The notes beneath the pieces were generated by a model, which was not told where the DNA came from, ran no database searches, and worked only from the letters and a program-made list of their open reading frames with translations. From NCBI GenBank assembly GCA_964409005.1, contig CAYPBR010000001.1, positions 18,383-82,382 of the forward strand: a stretch of 64,000 nt of DNA. The letters run 5' to 3'. This DNA is from Candidatus Woesearchaeota archaeon. Its GTDB lineage: Archaea; Nanobdellota; Nanobdellia; Pacearchaeales; GW2011-AR1. The translations under genes and the position numbers were made by a program. Below are positions 1 through 9,178 of the stretch, one piece after another (position 1 is the stretch's first letter; each line of letters starts with the position of its first letter).

Positions 1-105
1 CTTGCACCATCGACAGGTTTATCTCGTATTGCAGTAATTCCTTCCCAGCCGTTCCTATAGGCATGAATTACTCCATCAAAATCTAATGCAATTGTTTTAT
101 CCTTT

Positions 106-402
106 CTAAAGCCAAGTGCTACCTGATTTCCCATAATATTCCTCTTTTAAATCTGTTCTTGAATTTATTAAAGCTCTTAAATCTTTTACACCACGAGTAG
201 AAAAGAACTTTTGATTATATCCTATAGCTTTCAAAAATGCTTTCATTTTATTATATTCTATTGTTTTTCTAAATGTAGGATAACCACTTTTCAAACGTAC
301 CCATTTTTTATCTTTTTTTTGGTATCGTCCGTATTTACCATAATCTCTGATAGTACCTTCAGGAAAAGATTTTCGACCTCTAAATGTTATTTGTGTTTTC
401 AT
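106..402 (-). CDS. hypothetical basic protein, possibly virion-internal
   Basis: 98-aa ORF; PEGTIRDYGKYGRYQKKDKKWV resembles the N-terminus of the PARP-domain protein (AEGQVVTYNIKGRLLKYKK). Confidence 0.4.
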   Translation of the reverse strand: MKTQITFRGRKSFPEGTIRDYGKYGRYQKKDKKWVRLKSGYPTFRKTIEYNKMKAFLKAIGYNQKFFSTRGVKDLRALINSRTDLKEEYYGKSGSTWL

Positions 403-1192
403 TCATCCTCATATGATTCTTTAACCTTTTTTTCATTACTTCATAATATTTTTTATCTTTTTCTATTAGAATGAATTTGCGTTTAAGATTTAAACAAGCT
501 ATTCCTGTCGTTCCCGATCCAGCACAATTATCTAAAACCAAATCACCTTTATTAGTATATGTTTTTATTAAATACTCAAATAATTCTACAGGTTTTTGAG
601 TAGGATGAATCCGATTTATACTATTACATGCACCTTTAGTCGATTTAATGTTTATTAAATTAACTGGGAATCTTAATTTTTCATTACGTTCTTTAGAAGT
701 CTTACTTCTGCCTATTCCTTGTGTACCATTTTTATCCATAGCATGATTTTTTATATCTCTTATTCTCATATTTTCTTTTTTTACTTTAGTCATTTGTGGA
801 TTATATCGTTTACTATTAAATATTACTATATCTTCAGTTACTCTTAATGGTTGACTTTTAGCAAAAGTAAAATTTCCTGACTTAAATTTATTCCATACCC
901 AGCAATATTTAAACATTTTTATATTACTTGATATTAATACCGTTGTGAAAGGCTGACTTGCTGTAAGTACTATAGCTCCATTATTCTTTATTATTCGTTT
1001 ATAATGATCCCACATTTTATTTAAATCAATTGCTACATCCCACTTACAAGCAGTCATTCCATGTCCATAAGGCATATCACAAAGGATCATGTCAATAGAA
1101 TTGTCCTCTATTTTATACATTGCTTTTAAGCAATCACCTAAAATTATTTTATTCATCCTCGTCGTCTTTTCTACCACGTAATAATTCTTCAT
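380..1192 (-). CDS. DNA methyltransferase (N6-adenine/N4-cytosine, beta class)
   Basis: ILGDCL, DMILCDMPYG (DPPY-like), HPTQKPVELFEYLIKTYT, VLDNCAGSGTTG; true start probably at MNKIILGD. Confidence 0.92.
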   Translation of the reverse strand: MKNYYVVEKTTRMNKIILGDCLKAMYKIEDNSIDMILCDMPYGHGMTACKWDVAIDLNKMWDHYKRIIKNNGAIVLTASQPFTTVLISSNIKMFKYCWVWNKFKSGNFTFAKSQPLRVTEDIVIFNSKRYNPQMTKVKKENMRIRDIKNHAMDKNGTQGIGRSKTSKERNEKLRFPVNLINIKSTKGACNSINRIHPTQKPVELFEYLIKTYTNKGDLVLDNCAGSGTTGIACLNLKRKFILIEKDKKYYEVMKKRLKNHMRMNENTNNI

Positions 1193-3044
1193 TATGAAAA
1201 AACATACTTCTCAAAAAGTTTTCAGCATTAATGACAGATAAATTTTGTATTGTAGGTGAATCTTTAATATCCATAACACCTTTATCAATAGCTTCTTTTT
1301 CATCTACAGACATTCTAGGTATTAACTCTTTTTTTGATCTCTGTTCTTGATTAATCTCTGCTCTTGTTTTCCCAACAAATTCGCTAGTTCTATCACTATA
1401 ATACTGTAATATATTAGGATCAACTAGTTCTGCAAGTTTACAATAGGCTTCTGCAAGAAAAAAATGGTCAGGGCCTGACTCACGCCATTCGAATTTACCT
1501 CTATTACGATTCGCTACCTCTACAAATATCCTTGTTGAACTTAAAAGTTGTTGATAATATTCACCGTAGTCTTCCATAGAATCATTATAAATATCACTTG
1601 TATCTAATGGATTAAGCATTATTTGTTTAACAAAATCAGACTTCACTTCATCTAATATAAATGTTCGATCTATTGTAATACGCTTTTCCTTTTTCCATTT
1701 ATCACGCATTTTTCTAAGCGTCAATATCGTTTGACCTAATTTAAAATTACAGGAATATAACTTCGATATAGATTTTTTTATTCTTTCTACTTCTCTAATC
1801 TCTGGATGTTCATCAATTACCATATATTTTGTATTCTTTATTTTCTTTAAATAGTTTACTAAGTGCTGAGTCGTTTCAATTTTTCTCGCATCAATTAATT
1901 GTCTTTTTCCATTATTTAATGCTGCTCGTACTATAACATAATAATAAGTTCCTACATCAATTCCTATATAAATTCGTTTAAATGAATTAATATATACGGT
2001 TTGACCTTTCAATGTATAATTACTATCTTCTTCTGCCTTTTTCAATAATGAATAAGTTATTTTATTTTCCGATGATGAAAATGGTAATCCTAACTTAGAA
2101 TTAACAAATAACTGCATTTCTTTTGCGTTTCCAAGTGCTTTACCATATTGGTTAACTAATGTTTTTAATTCTATATTTGCTGAAAATAACTGACTTATTC
2201 TTCGCCCTTTTTTATCTTTATTTTTATATGTATCAACCCACAACCCCTTTTTCATTCTATTAATTTTAGTACCGCACTTTGTACATGCTACCCATACATT
2301 ATTGTCATCTTCACTTAATATTCTAAATGTTAATTCACTTGTTTTTTCTATTATATTTTTAAAGAAGTCCAGTACTTGCCAATGATTACAACTAGAACAA
2401 CGAACATTCCATAATCCCTGTGATGATTCCTGCCAGTGTGAATCTATACCCCAATTCTCTACTGAAGGATTCCCTATTCTTCTTATGAATTTATAATCTG
2501 AAGCATCTAATCTATCCGGTGCCATTTTTAAATTAGCTTGATCACACTTATCAACTTCATCGATGTATAAAACGTCAGCAGGATAACTAATAAAGTCAGC
2601 AGGACTATTTGATCCTACAAAGTTAAGCAATCCCTTTCCAAAATGTTTCAATCCTATAGAATCACTATCGCCAGAAGCATTTTTAATCAACTCTATATAA
2701 TATGGTACCGATTTAAGAAGCCGATTTAATCTGTCCTTCACAAACTTCCCTCTTAAATCAATATTAGGCATAACATATAATATTCTTAATCCTATTGACG
2801 CATCATGAAGCGATGACACAATCATCCATTCACTTAATCCACATTGTACTGATTTTTCAGTACAAATATCCCTCTCATCCAGCATATTATATAATGGAAT
2901 TAAAAATCTATACTTATCACCAAACTCCATCGGTTTATTATGTACATTTTTATGATGGAATCTGGCAAGCCATAATTGAGGTTTTCTTTTCCTCATTGAC
3001 TCCCTTCGCAAATCTAACTTTTTTTCTTTCATATCTACCAACAT
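1149..3044 (-). CDS. terL: terminase large subunit (lambda GpA-like)
   Basis: KSVQCGLSE (GpA-type Walker A), LYIDEVD Walker B, CxxC..CxxC, nuclease motifs IGIDVG and DHF. Confidence 0.88.
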   Translation of the reverse strand: MLVDMKEKKLDLRRESMRKRKPQLWLARFHHKNVHNKPMEFGDKYRFLIPLYNMLDERDICTEKSVQCGLSEWMIVSSLHDASIGLRILYVMPNIDLRGKFVKDRLNRLLKSVPYYIELIKNASGDSDSIGLKHFGKGLLNFVGSNSPADFISYPADVLYIDEVDKCDQANLKMAPDRLDASDYKFIRRIGNPSVENWGIDSHWQESSQGLWNVRCSSCNHWQVLDFFKNIIEKTSELTFRILSEDDNNVWVACTKCGTKINRMKKGLWVDTYKNKDKKGRRISQLFSANIELKTLVNQYGKALGNAKEMQLFVNSKLGLPFSSSENKITYSLLKKAEEDSNYTLKGQTVYINSFKRIYIGIDVGTYYYVIVRAALNNGKRQLIDARKIETTQHLVNYLKKIKNTKYMVIDEHPEIREVERIKKSISKLYSCNFKLGQTILTLRKMRDKWKKEKRITIDRTFILDEVKSDFVKQIMLNPLDTSDIYNDSMEDYGEYYQQLLSSTRIFVEVANRNRGKFEWRESGPDHFFLAEAYCKLAELVDPNILQYYSDRTSEFVGKTRAEINQEQRSKKELIPRMSVDEKEAIDKGVMDIKDSPTIQNLSVINAENFLRSMFFHNEELLRGRKDDEDE

Positions 3045-4162
3045 ATATACTCCATCAAAGTAAAAGCATTTTCACCTTGGTTATAATAAATCAAGCTCAC
3101 TTTTAACAAACCATTTAGTATGAATAGCACTTGATTCGCTATCAACCCATTCAACATTATATTTAAGACCCGCTACATCTAACCATATTCCATTTATTTT
3201 GCCTCTCATATCATTTACTCGAATTCTTACTCTTTCGCCCATTGCATAATCCACTTTAATTACCTTATCCATTTTTTTACTACTCCTTTGACTCTTCTAT
3301 TTTAATAAACTTCAAATTTCCGTACTCCAATGAAGTTCCCATTTAGTAAGTACTTCTTTTAAAATTTTATCCCATAACAAAGTAGTCTTACGTATCTTAA
3401 AACCCCATTCCTTGCTCATACTCGCTTTTACTGTACCATCGCTTCTTTCAATTACACAACATAAATAACATTTTTTATTTAAGGTTACTCTGAAAGTAGC
3501 TCGTGATATAAGTTTTTCTACTTTCGCATTATCACTTGTCATTTTTTTTATCTCTCCATCCAATCATTTATTTCATCCAAATCATATCCATCAGGAAATG
3601 AACAATATTTATTACATGACTTATTCATTTTTTTAATATTACGCTTATCTTCATTTGAAATAATTATCATTACAGGTTCTTTATTGCCATCAAATATTTT
3701 ATCACCTACTTTCACTTTCATTTCTTTACTCCTAATTTGAATTTGCTTTCTGCATATAAAAATGGATCATCAACTGTTACCACAATATCATCTTCACTAT
3801 CTACTTCACTATCAAATGAGCATTCAATAGTTCCAATGTTCTGCCCTAAACCTTCTAAATATTGGCATCTCGTACAATTTTCCTGATAAAACTTATCGCT
3901 CCACTTTATTACTTGCTCTTTAAGATGGCAATATAATCTCCCATTCTTATCTGCTATCATAATATGATTTACTCTATTGCTACTTTCACTCTCGACTTTT
4001 AACAAAATAGCCTCCTGTACTTAATTCAAACTTATCTTCTTGATTTGTATCACCACATATTTGACAAATAAATCCTTCAGTATATAGTTTATGATAAGTA
4101 TGTTGTTTACAATTTTTACAACATATCCATCTATCACGAAATTCACCACGTATCCAACACAT

Positions 4163-6040
4163 TTAACTTACCTCTTCATAAGTTCCTGGCTTTGCAAGTT
4201 CAACATCTATCCAATATACAGGTAAAAACTGTTTTGGATTTTTAGATACCCACTCAATATTTCTTAATCCGCCTACACCTTTCGGAGCATAAACTGTATC
4301 ATAGTCCTGAAGAAATTCATTACCACTTTGTCTACTTATATCATAATCTTGAAATAAAGTTTTCTTTTGCCCTAATGCGTTTTTACATACAAATAATACT
4401 CCCCTCGTTCCTATTTGTCTACTAAAGCCTTTACCTACATATTGTAACGACTTTGAACTATTCGATGATCCATAAATTCCGTCACCTATCATTCTACCTA
4501 CTTCAGGTTTTGTTACTTTAAATCCGCCCCTTGCAATCTTAGCAGCGTTCTTAAACGCCGTTCCGTGATATGAGAATGTTACATTCCCTATATCTTTTTC
4601 AACTTTTTTATAATCTTTATAATAACTTGTATCATCAATTTTAAAAATGTTATGTATTTTAAATCCAAAGCTTCCATGTTCATCTTTATCAAAGGTCGAC
4701 TTCATTTTATCGTATACTTTCTTTTGCTCTTTTGACGATGCATTACTTAATGAAAATGTTTTACGCTCTTCACCTTGCTCTGATAATGCCGATAACAGTT
4801 TCTTTTTTGCCGATTCTCCTTTATATGCCTGACTTCTTTTTTCTATAAATAACTTTCTTAATTCTTCAGCATCGTCTACTCCATAAGCTTCTTTTGCATT
4901 TATCAATTTAGAATTTTTTCTCATTTTAGGAAGTAGTATCTTATTTGTATAATATGCTGTATATAGCGCTTCAAACCATTTCTTTGATTTAGGATTATCT
5001 TTTTGAGTGCTCGTAATATCTCTTTTCAATTTCTTTACTACATCTAATTTTATATTTCCAATATCACTCATTATATTTTTATTCCTTTTCATAAAATCTT
5101 TACTTTTTTTCATCGGTTCTGTCTGCACATTAAAAGCATCAATCAATTGTTTTTTTTCTACAGCCGTTATACCTTTAGCTTCTTTAATTATTTTAATATT
5201 ATCTGTATTATCATCACTCCAATAATCAAGCATATAACCTTCATCGGATATAAGCGCTGAATATCTTTTTAATACAATTGGAATCGAGTCTACTATTTCA
5301 GCTCTATCCACTTGAGGCATCATACTTACTTTAGCACTATCAAAATCTTTATAATTATCAACAGTATATCCTCTTTGTTTAGCAACCTTCTTTAAAGTCT
5401 TATTATAATATTTATCATATATTTCTTTTCTTACATTATGTATTGCATTACGTGATCTACTTACTACATTATCTAATTTCTTACTTTCTTTTCTTAACGC
5501 TCGTACATTTTCATCCTTTGCATACTGTTTCAATAATATTTTTCTATATGGTTCTATTACATCTTTCATTTCCTTCGGCATTCCTGTAAACATTTTAACG
5601 CCGTACTTCTTTTCCATTTCTATTATCTCACCTAACTTTAATCCAATTTTATTTGTTGTATACTTACTTGATGATCCCATGCTAGGATGATAAATCCACT
5701 TTATATATCCCGGCAACTTACTATAATCAATTTTAATCGTCGACGCTTTAAATATACTTGCCATTTCATCGCTTACATATTTCAGCGACCTCGTATCTTT
5801 ACATAATATTCCAGTACTATCTAATATTTGCTTCTGCTCTTTATTTATTTTCGGTACTCCCACAACTTTTTCTTTAACAGTCTTTTTTCTTTCTACTGCT
5901 GCAGCCACTCCCACATACTTCATCACTCCAGCAACTTTCTTATACTTCAGTAACCTTCCCTTTATATTATATGTTACTACTTGACCCTCAGCAATTCTTC
6001 TTCTTTTTTGTGCCTTAACAAATAACATATCCTTCCTCAA
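4163..6040 (-). CDS. protein with C-terminal PARP-like ADP-ribosyltransferase domain
   Basis: SYHGT, GRMIGDGIYGS, KSLQY, LFVCKNALG, YDTV, NIEW, QFLPVY match the H-Y-E PARP catalytic signature. Confidence 0.85.
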   Translation of the reverse strand: MRKDMLFVKAQKRRRIAEGQVVTYNIKGRLLKYKKVAGVMKYVGVAAAVERKKTVKEKVVGVPKINKEQKQILDSTGILCKDTRSLKYVSDEMASIFKASTIKIDYSKLPGYIKWIYHPSMGSSSKYTTNKIGLKLGEIIEMEKKYGVKMFTGMPKEMKDVIEPYRKILLKQYAKDENVRALRKESKKLDNVVSRSRNAIHNVRKEIYDKYYNKTLKKVAKQRGYTVDNYKDFDSAKVSMMPQVDRAEIVDSIPIVLKRYSALISDEGYMLDYWSDDNTDNIKIIKEAKGITAVEKKQLIDAFNVQTEPMKKSKDFMKRNKNIMSDIGNIKLDVVKKLKRDITSTQKDNPKSKKWFEALYTAYYTNKILLPKMRKNSKLINAKEAYGVDDAEELRKLFIEKRSQAYKGESAKKKLLSALSEQGEERKTFSLSNASSKEQKKVYDKMKSTFDKDEHGSFGFKIHNIFKIDDTSYYKDYKKVEKDIGNVTFSYHGTAFKNAAKIARGGFKVTKPEVGRMIGDGIYGSSNSSKSLQYVGKGFSRQIGTRGVLFVCKNALGQKKTLFQDYDISRQSGNEFLQDYDTVYAPKGVGGLRNIEWVSKNPKQFLPVYWIDVELAKPGTYEEVS

Positions 6041-6240
6041 TTTACCTTATTAATATACTTCCGCTTCTTTAAACTATTAAGTTCACCTAAATCAATATCG
6101 ACCTTATTAAATCTTCTTGTCGTCTTATTAACCTCTGTCTCTACCATGAATGTAGTGCCTTTTATCTGAGCAATTCTTTTAAATTTCTCATCTTTTTTGT
6201 CTTTCTTTAATTTTGTTTTAAGCTTAATCCATTTCATATT

Positions 6241-6654
6241 TTATACCCTCTTCCCTATTATTTCTATATCACTTGAATCAACTTTTCCTAAAAGTTCACC
6301 ACATGATTCATTTTCTAAACTATAAATACCTTTACCTCTTATTTCAAATATACGCACTGTAAATCCACTTAATATATTATCCTTTATACGTACTATATCA
6401 CCGTCATGTATTTCTTTTTCATTTTTATCCACAAATTTTTCTTTTTTATCTATTATCTTTCTAATGAATGCTATTTGACTATCAACAGTAAGATGACAAT
6501 TAGAAAAGCTATTCTCAATTGCATCTAATTTATCTTTCACAAATCTCATTTCTTCAGTATGATCTTTTTCTTTTATCCAAACTTCGTAATCTGTACTTTG
6601 GCCTTTATTTAATTTCTCCATAAAGATCACTGCTGTACTAATATATCTATTCAT
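6241..6654 (-). CDS. YopX-like paralog (1 of 3 in tandem)
   Basis: MNRY start, EVWIKE, DKNEKEIHDGDIV, EIIG C-terminus. Confidence 0.6.
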   Translation of the reverse strand: MNRYISTAVIFMEKLNKGQSTDYEVWIKEKDHTEEMRFVKDKLDAIENSFSNCHLTVDSQIAFIRKIIDKKEKFVDKNEKEIHDGDIVRIKDNILSGFTVRIFEIRGKGIYSLENESCGELLGKVDSSDIEIIGKRV

Positions 6655-7061
6655 TATATTGTCCTCCCTATCACTTCCATATCAATTGAGTCAACTTTTT
6701 TTAATGATTCAACATATAAGCCGCTTTCTAAACTATAAATATTACTACCTTTTATTTCAAATACACATAAACTATACTCAAATTTTATACGTGTTATATC
6801 GCCATCTTTTATTTCTCTACCATTTTTATCTAAATGCTTTTCTTCTCTATCTATTATATTTTGAATTCTCTCTACTTGAATCTCCGCGCTTGCATTTGAG
6901 TTCAAACATATTGCAATAAAATTCAATTTACTCTTTGTAAGTCTTTTCTCTTCAACATAATCTCTTTCTTTTATCCAAATTTCTTCTTCTTCATTCATTA
7001 TTGGATTGCCGTTTGGCCTAATCATCCACATACCTTGCTTACCGTAAATATATCTATTCAT
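6654..7061 (-). CDS. YopX-like paralog (2 of 3 in tandem)
   Basis: MNRY start, EIWIKE, DKNGREIKDGDI, EVIG. Confidence 0.6.
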   Translation of the reverse strand: MNRYIYGKQGMWMIRPNGNPIMNEEEEIWIKERDYVEEKRLTKSKLNFIAICLNSNASAEIQVERIQNIIDREEKHLDKNGREIKDGDITRIKFEYSLCVFEIKGSNIYSLESGLYVESLKKVDSIDMEVIGRTI

Positions 7062-7438
7062 TATACTGTCCTCCCTATCACTTTTATAGTTTTACAATCC
7101 GAATTCTCCAAAAAAGCAAATACAGTTTCATCCCCTTTTACACTAACAATACTGTCGTTATCCCGTATTTCAAATACGCCAATATTATCTATGCAAATAA
7201 TATCACCTTCAGCTATCATTCTTCCAGCTTTATCATAATAATCCCGTGGCCTCTCTATAATTAATCTAATTATAGTTGGGCCTTCCCCTTTTACCAAACA
7301 TTCTTCAATATCTCTCAACTGTTTTTTCATAAACTTTACATCTTCTTCTTTTATCCAAACTTCGTAATCTGTGTTTTCATTTTCATCTAACTTATGCATC
7401 CATTCCATATTATTAGTATATCTAGTATATCTATTCAT
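7061..7438 (-). CDS. YopX-like paralog (3 of 3 in tandem)
   Basis: MNRY start, EVWIKE, DKAGRMIAEGDI, KVIG. Confidence 0.6.
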   Translation of the reverse strand: MNRYTRYTNNMEWMHKLDENENTDYEVWIKEEDVKFMKKQLRDIEECLVKGEGPTIIRLIIERPRDYYDKAGRMIAEGDIICIDNIGVFEIRDNDSIVSVKGDETVFAFLENSDCKTIKVIGRTV

Positions 7439-7977
7439 GTAACACCCCCACTACTTTTTGACTTGGAATTAACTGTACTACCGGCCCTACTGTACTCTCT
7501 CTAAGATAAAATCCTTCCGTTAAGCACAAACCATAAACTTGTCTTTCAGTCATTACAACTATACTATACTCTGGATTAATGTCTTTCAATAATTCTATCG
7601 CATCTTTTACTTTCATTTTTATTCACCTTTAAATTATAACATCATTTTTTACTATAATCAATCTTATCTTCAACTCGTTTAAACAGTTCTAACGACAAAC
7701 CACATAACGGGCATTTATCAAATTTAGCACACTTCCATTGTTTTTCAGTAAGTCTATATCGACATAATACGCACTGATACCAAACATTCATTTTCCCATC
7801 CTCTCTAAATGCTCGTTTACCTTACATATTAATTTTTCTTTAAATTCTTGTACTACTATTTCATTTTTAAATGCATCGTCACTTAATACTTCAATCTGAT
7901 TTCTTAGTTTTTCAACTTCATCTCCAATTTCTATTTCTTCAAAAAGTGAATCTTGATTATTATTCATTTTTCTCCCC

Positions 7978-8205
7978 TCAATATTTATGAGTTTTATAAC
8001 TACATACCTGACTGATACAACATACAGTTTTATTAAATTTTTTAGCTATTTCATTCATTGACCATCCCTTACTTCTCAAATTTCTTATCTCACATGCCTG
8101 CTTAAATGTTAAATTTTTACTTTCTTTCTTTTCTGATTTCCCTAAATGTAACTTTCCATCCGTTACTGGTAAATTTGACACTCCAATTCCAATCTCAAAC
8201 TTCAT
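7978..8205 (-). CDS. small helix-turn-helix protein
   Basis: LTFKQACEIRNLRSKGWSMNEIAKKFNKTVCCISQV HTH pattern. Confidence 0.55.
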   Translation of the reverse strand: MKFEIGIGVSNLPVTDGKLHLGKSEKKESKNLTFKQACEIRNLRSKGWSMNEIAKKFNKTVCCISQVCSYKTHKY

Positions 8206-8382
8206 TATTTTTTTACCTTTCTAATTTCATCAACTTGATAACTACATACTTTTTTAACATATTCTCTTGACATTTTAAAGTGTTTTGAAAGCCTTACTAT
8301 ATTCCATCCACATCTCCGTAAAAATCTTATCCTTGTAGCTTTATTTTGTGCAATCTTACATTTCATTTTTTTATCTTCTCTT

Positions 8383-8658
8383 TTACCTTTTTAACTCATC
8401 TTCAATCATTTCTATTAACTTTTTATTAGATAGCTTTTTATTGTAATTATTTACATTTGACTCAATTAACATTTTAGTACAATATATCTTTTTCCTATAG
8501 TTCGCAATCACTTCATCTTTTCTATCAAGTTCTTCTCGCTGTTGTTTTATTAATGCTTCCGCAAACATCTCATCATATAATTTACCTGCTCTAAGTGCGC
8601 CAAAAATAGCCGCTACTACAATTAAACTAAATATCCATACAGGTATTATCCACCACAT
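8383..8658 (-). CDS. membrane-anchored hypothetical protein
   Basis: hydrophobic N-terminus; AAGGAGG RBS directly downstream of the repeat array. Confidence 0.5.
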   Translation of the reverse strand: MWWIIPVWIFSLIVVAAIFGALRAGKLYDEMFAEALIKQQREELDRKDEVIANYRKKIYCTKMLIESNVNNYNKKLSNKKLIEMIEDELKR

Positions 8659-8674
8659 TTTATTCCTCCTTTAA

Positions 8675-9178
8675 TCTTTCAATTGGTTTTCTTGTCTTCT
8701 CTGGCTCGCTTTATCCCTCTGGTTTTCTTTTTCAGTGTGACTCGCTCTTATAGTCTGGTTTTCTTTTTATTATAGGCTCGCTTCCTCCTCTTGGTTTTCT
8801 CATTTTGACTGGCTCGCTTTACCCATCTGGTTTTCTCATCGAATCTGACCCGCTTCTTTTTTCTGGTTTTCTTATTGATCCCGGCTCGCTCTATGCCTCT
8901 GGTTTTCTTCCCCTCAGTGACTCACTCCTTTTTACTGGTTTTCTCATTGACTTCGGCTCGCTCATGCATGCTGGTTTTCTCTCAAAAAATGGCTCGCTTC
9001 TCTTTGCTGGTTTTCTCGTTGAACCCGGCTCGCTCTGTTTGCTTGGTTTTCTCATTTATTTTGACTCGCTCTTTACGCCTGGTTTTCTCATGTACCTTGA
9101 CTCACTCAAATGAATTGGTTTTCTTTCTTTCTTTGGTTCGCTTTACCCATCTGGTTTTCTTCCTTATTCAGGCTTCAT
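8675..9178 (-). ncRNA. TIGR-like guide RNA array: 14 units of 36 nt, two 9-nt repeats and two 9-nt spacers per unit
   Basis: tggttttct at 8684 and every 36 nt to 9152 (14 invariant copies); a second repeat (consensus hgrctcrct) exactly 18 nt later (13 copies plus 1 degenerate); variable 9-mers between them. Confidence 0.92.

Noticed and set aside
8684..9160. Calling the array CRISPR or a simple VNTR
   Set aside because: Repeats and spacers are only 9 nt with two alternating repeat types, there are no cas genes, and half of each unit is hypervariable.
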